From the NCBI GenBank assembly GCA_029246705.1, contig JAQWMQ010000041.1:142-64141 (forward strand): a DNA stretch of 64,000 bases, given 5' to 3'. Within the stretch, counting starts at the first letter, position 1, and the number at the start of each line of letters is the position of its first letter. The translations under genes and the position numbers were made by a program. Below are positions 62,744-64,000 of this stretch, in pieces. Under the pieces are notes generated by a model. That model had not been told where the DNA came from. It saw only the letters and a program-made list of their open reading frames with translations, and did not search any database. This DNA comes from Phycisphaerales bacterium. Lineage in GTDB: Bacteria; Planctomycetota; Phycisphaerae; Phycisphaerales; SM1A02.

Positions 62744-64000
62744 GCGAGCGCGTCCACATCGCGATCGACGTCGGCGCCTCCTCCGGGCGCGTGATGCAGG
62801 TCCGGATCGGTGGCGGTCCACCGGTCATCGAGGAGGTCCACCGTTTCGACAACCAGCCGATCCGGCTCGGACCCGATGCGGGCGATCGCTGGTCCTGGGC
62901 GCTCGATGCCCTGGTCAGGGAAGTGACCGACGGACTCGGTCGCGTCGAGGCCACGGTCGATTCGATCGGCATCGACACCTGGGGCTGCGACTACGGTCTG
63001 GTCGATGCCACCGGCGCGCTGGTCGCACCGATCACCGCCTACCGCGACGACCGGCACCACGCAGCCTTCGAATCGGTTCGTGAACGTCTCGGTGAGGCGC
63101 ATCTCTACACGGCGACCGGCACCCAGTTCCAACCGTTCAACACGCTCTACCAGCTGGCGACCGATGCAGCGGCGCCGGACCGGCCGCTCGAGCGTGCCGA
63201 TCGCCTGCTGATGATCCCGGACCTCCTGGCCAACCGGCTCTGCGGGTCGACCTGTTGCGAACGGACCAACGCCAGCACCACCCAGTGCTTCGACTCCGAT
63301 GCCGACCGATGGCATGAGGACCTGCTTCGTTCGGTCGGCGTGCCACCCGAGCTCATGCCTTCCGTGGTGGCCGGCGCATCGCCGGAGCCTCTCGGCCTCC
63401 TTCGGCCGGAGATCAGTGCTGCGACAGGACTGCCTGGTTCCGTTCCACTGCTTGCCACCGCCACGCATGACACCGCGTCGGCGGTCGCAGCCGCACCGCT
63501 CCGATCGAAAACCGATGCCTACATCTCCAGCGGAACCTGGTCCCTGGTCGGGGTGGAACTCGACCAGGTGCTCGCAAGCGATGCGGCCCGGCGCTGCAAC
63601 TTCACGAACGAGGCCGGGGTGTTCGGAACCACGCGCTTCCTCCGGAACGTCAGTGGACTCTGGCTGCTGCAACAGTGTCAGTCGACCTGGCGTGCGGCGG
63701 GCCGCGACCTCGACTGGTCGGCTCTCGTCGCTGCCGCCGAGCAGTCACCGGCCTTCGAATCGATCATCGATCCGGATCATCCTGATCTCGCCGCACCGGG
63801 TGACATGCCGGAACGCCTTCGAGCGCGTTGCCGGCTCACCGGTGAACCTGTCCCTGCCAATGACGCAGCGATCGTTCGTTGCATCATCGACAGTCTCGCC
63901 CTTCGCTATGCGGCGTGCCTGGAGGAACTGGAAGGGGTCACCGGTCGAGTGATCGAACGCCTGGTGGTGGTGGGGGGCGGTTCGCGTAACGGCCTGCTCA
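62740..64000 (+). CDS. rhaB: Rhamnulokinase (FGGY family), 3' end outside the window
   Basis: Not in the track (GTG start, no stop in the window). VSERVHIAIDVGASSGRVM ... SIGIDTWGCDYGLVD ... TQFQPFNTLYQL ... HDTASAV ... NFTNEAGV ... VVVGGGSRN match RhaB-type FGGY kinases. Confidence 0.85.
   Translation, partial: MSERVHIAIDVGASSGRVMQVRIGGGPPVIEEVHRFDNQPIRLGPDAGDRWSWALDALVREVTDGLGRVEATVDSIGIDTWGCDYGLVDATGALVAPITAYRDDRHHAAFESVRERLGEAHLYTATGTQFQPFNTLYQLATDAAAPDRPLERADRLLMIPDLLANRLCGSTCCERTNASTTQCFDSDADRWHEDLLRSVGVPPELMPSVVAGASPEPLGLLRPEISAATGLPGSVPLLATATHDTASAVAAAPLRSKTDAYISSGTWSLVGVELDQVLASDAARRCNFTNEAGVFGTTRFLRNVSGLWLLQQCQSTWRAAGRDLDWSALVAAAEQSPAFESIIDPDHPDLAAPGDMPERLRARCRLTGEPVPANDAAIVRCIIDSLALRYAACLEELEGVTGRVIERLVVVGGGSRNGLL

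Overview
High-GC bacterial chromosomal window; sampled 60-nt lines range from about 52% to 65% G+C. Gene content looks like Planctomycetota: a PSCyt1/DUF1549/DUF1553 giant protein paired with a Tat-signal DUF1501 protein, many secreted proteins with dockerin-like tails, and one PEP-CTERM-like tail. All family calls come from reading motifs by eye; no search was run. I support about 48 protein genes, three hairpin terminators and one candidate operator. I recognised no rRNA, tRNA, CRISPR, transposase, integrase or phage gene. Layout: (1) 0-7.3 kb is an envelope module on the minus strand, with an ECF sigma/anti-sigma pair flanked by two paralogous secreted proteins, then a four-PDZ HtrA, a protease-like Gly-rich protein and an amidase. 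(2) 7.6-24.8 kb is mixed housekeeping and accessory genes, including a LamG/dockerin giant protein, a Ca2+/H+ antiporter, zwf, a GATase, a GCS2-CBS fusion and a sugar-phosphate isomerase. (3) 24.9-30.1 kb is the PSCyt/DUF1501 pair. (4) 30.2-50.8 kb is the most interesting part: a glycan-assembly island with six sulfotransferase-like genes, five GT2 genes, one GT4, a Wzx-type flippase, a polyprenyl-phosphate-sugar synthase with DUF2304, two TPR-tailed polytopic membrane proteins (one TMTC/GT-C-like) and an HTTM-like membrane protein. No classical polymerase or export genes were recognised there. (5) 50.9-61.5 kb is a co-oriented cluster of five secreted proteins (PA14, LamG, Pmp-type beta-helix) that share an unclassified Cys-containing repeat, an unassigned ~170-aa domain, and an invariant dockerin-like double repeat ending exactly at the C-terminus. 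(6) 61.5-64 kb carries rhamnose catabolism genes (rhaI-like, rhaB). The main hypothesis is an undescribed sulfated-glycan (or sulfated protein-glycosylation) pathway, physically linked to lectin-domain, Ca2+-module surface proteins.
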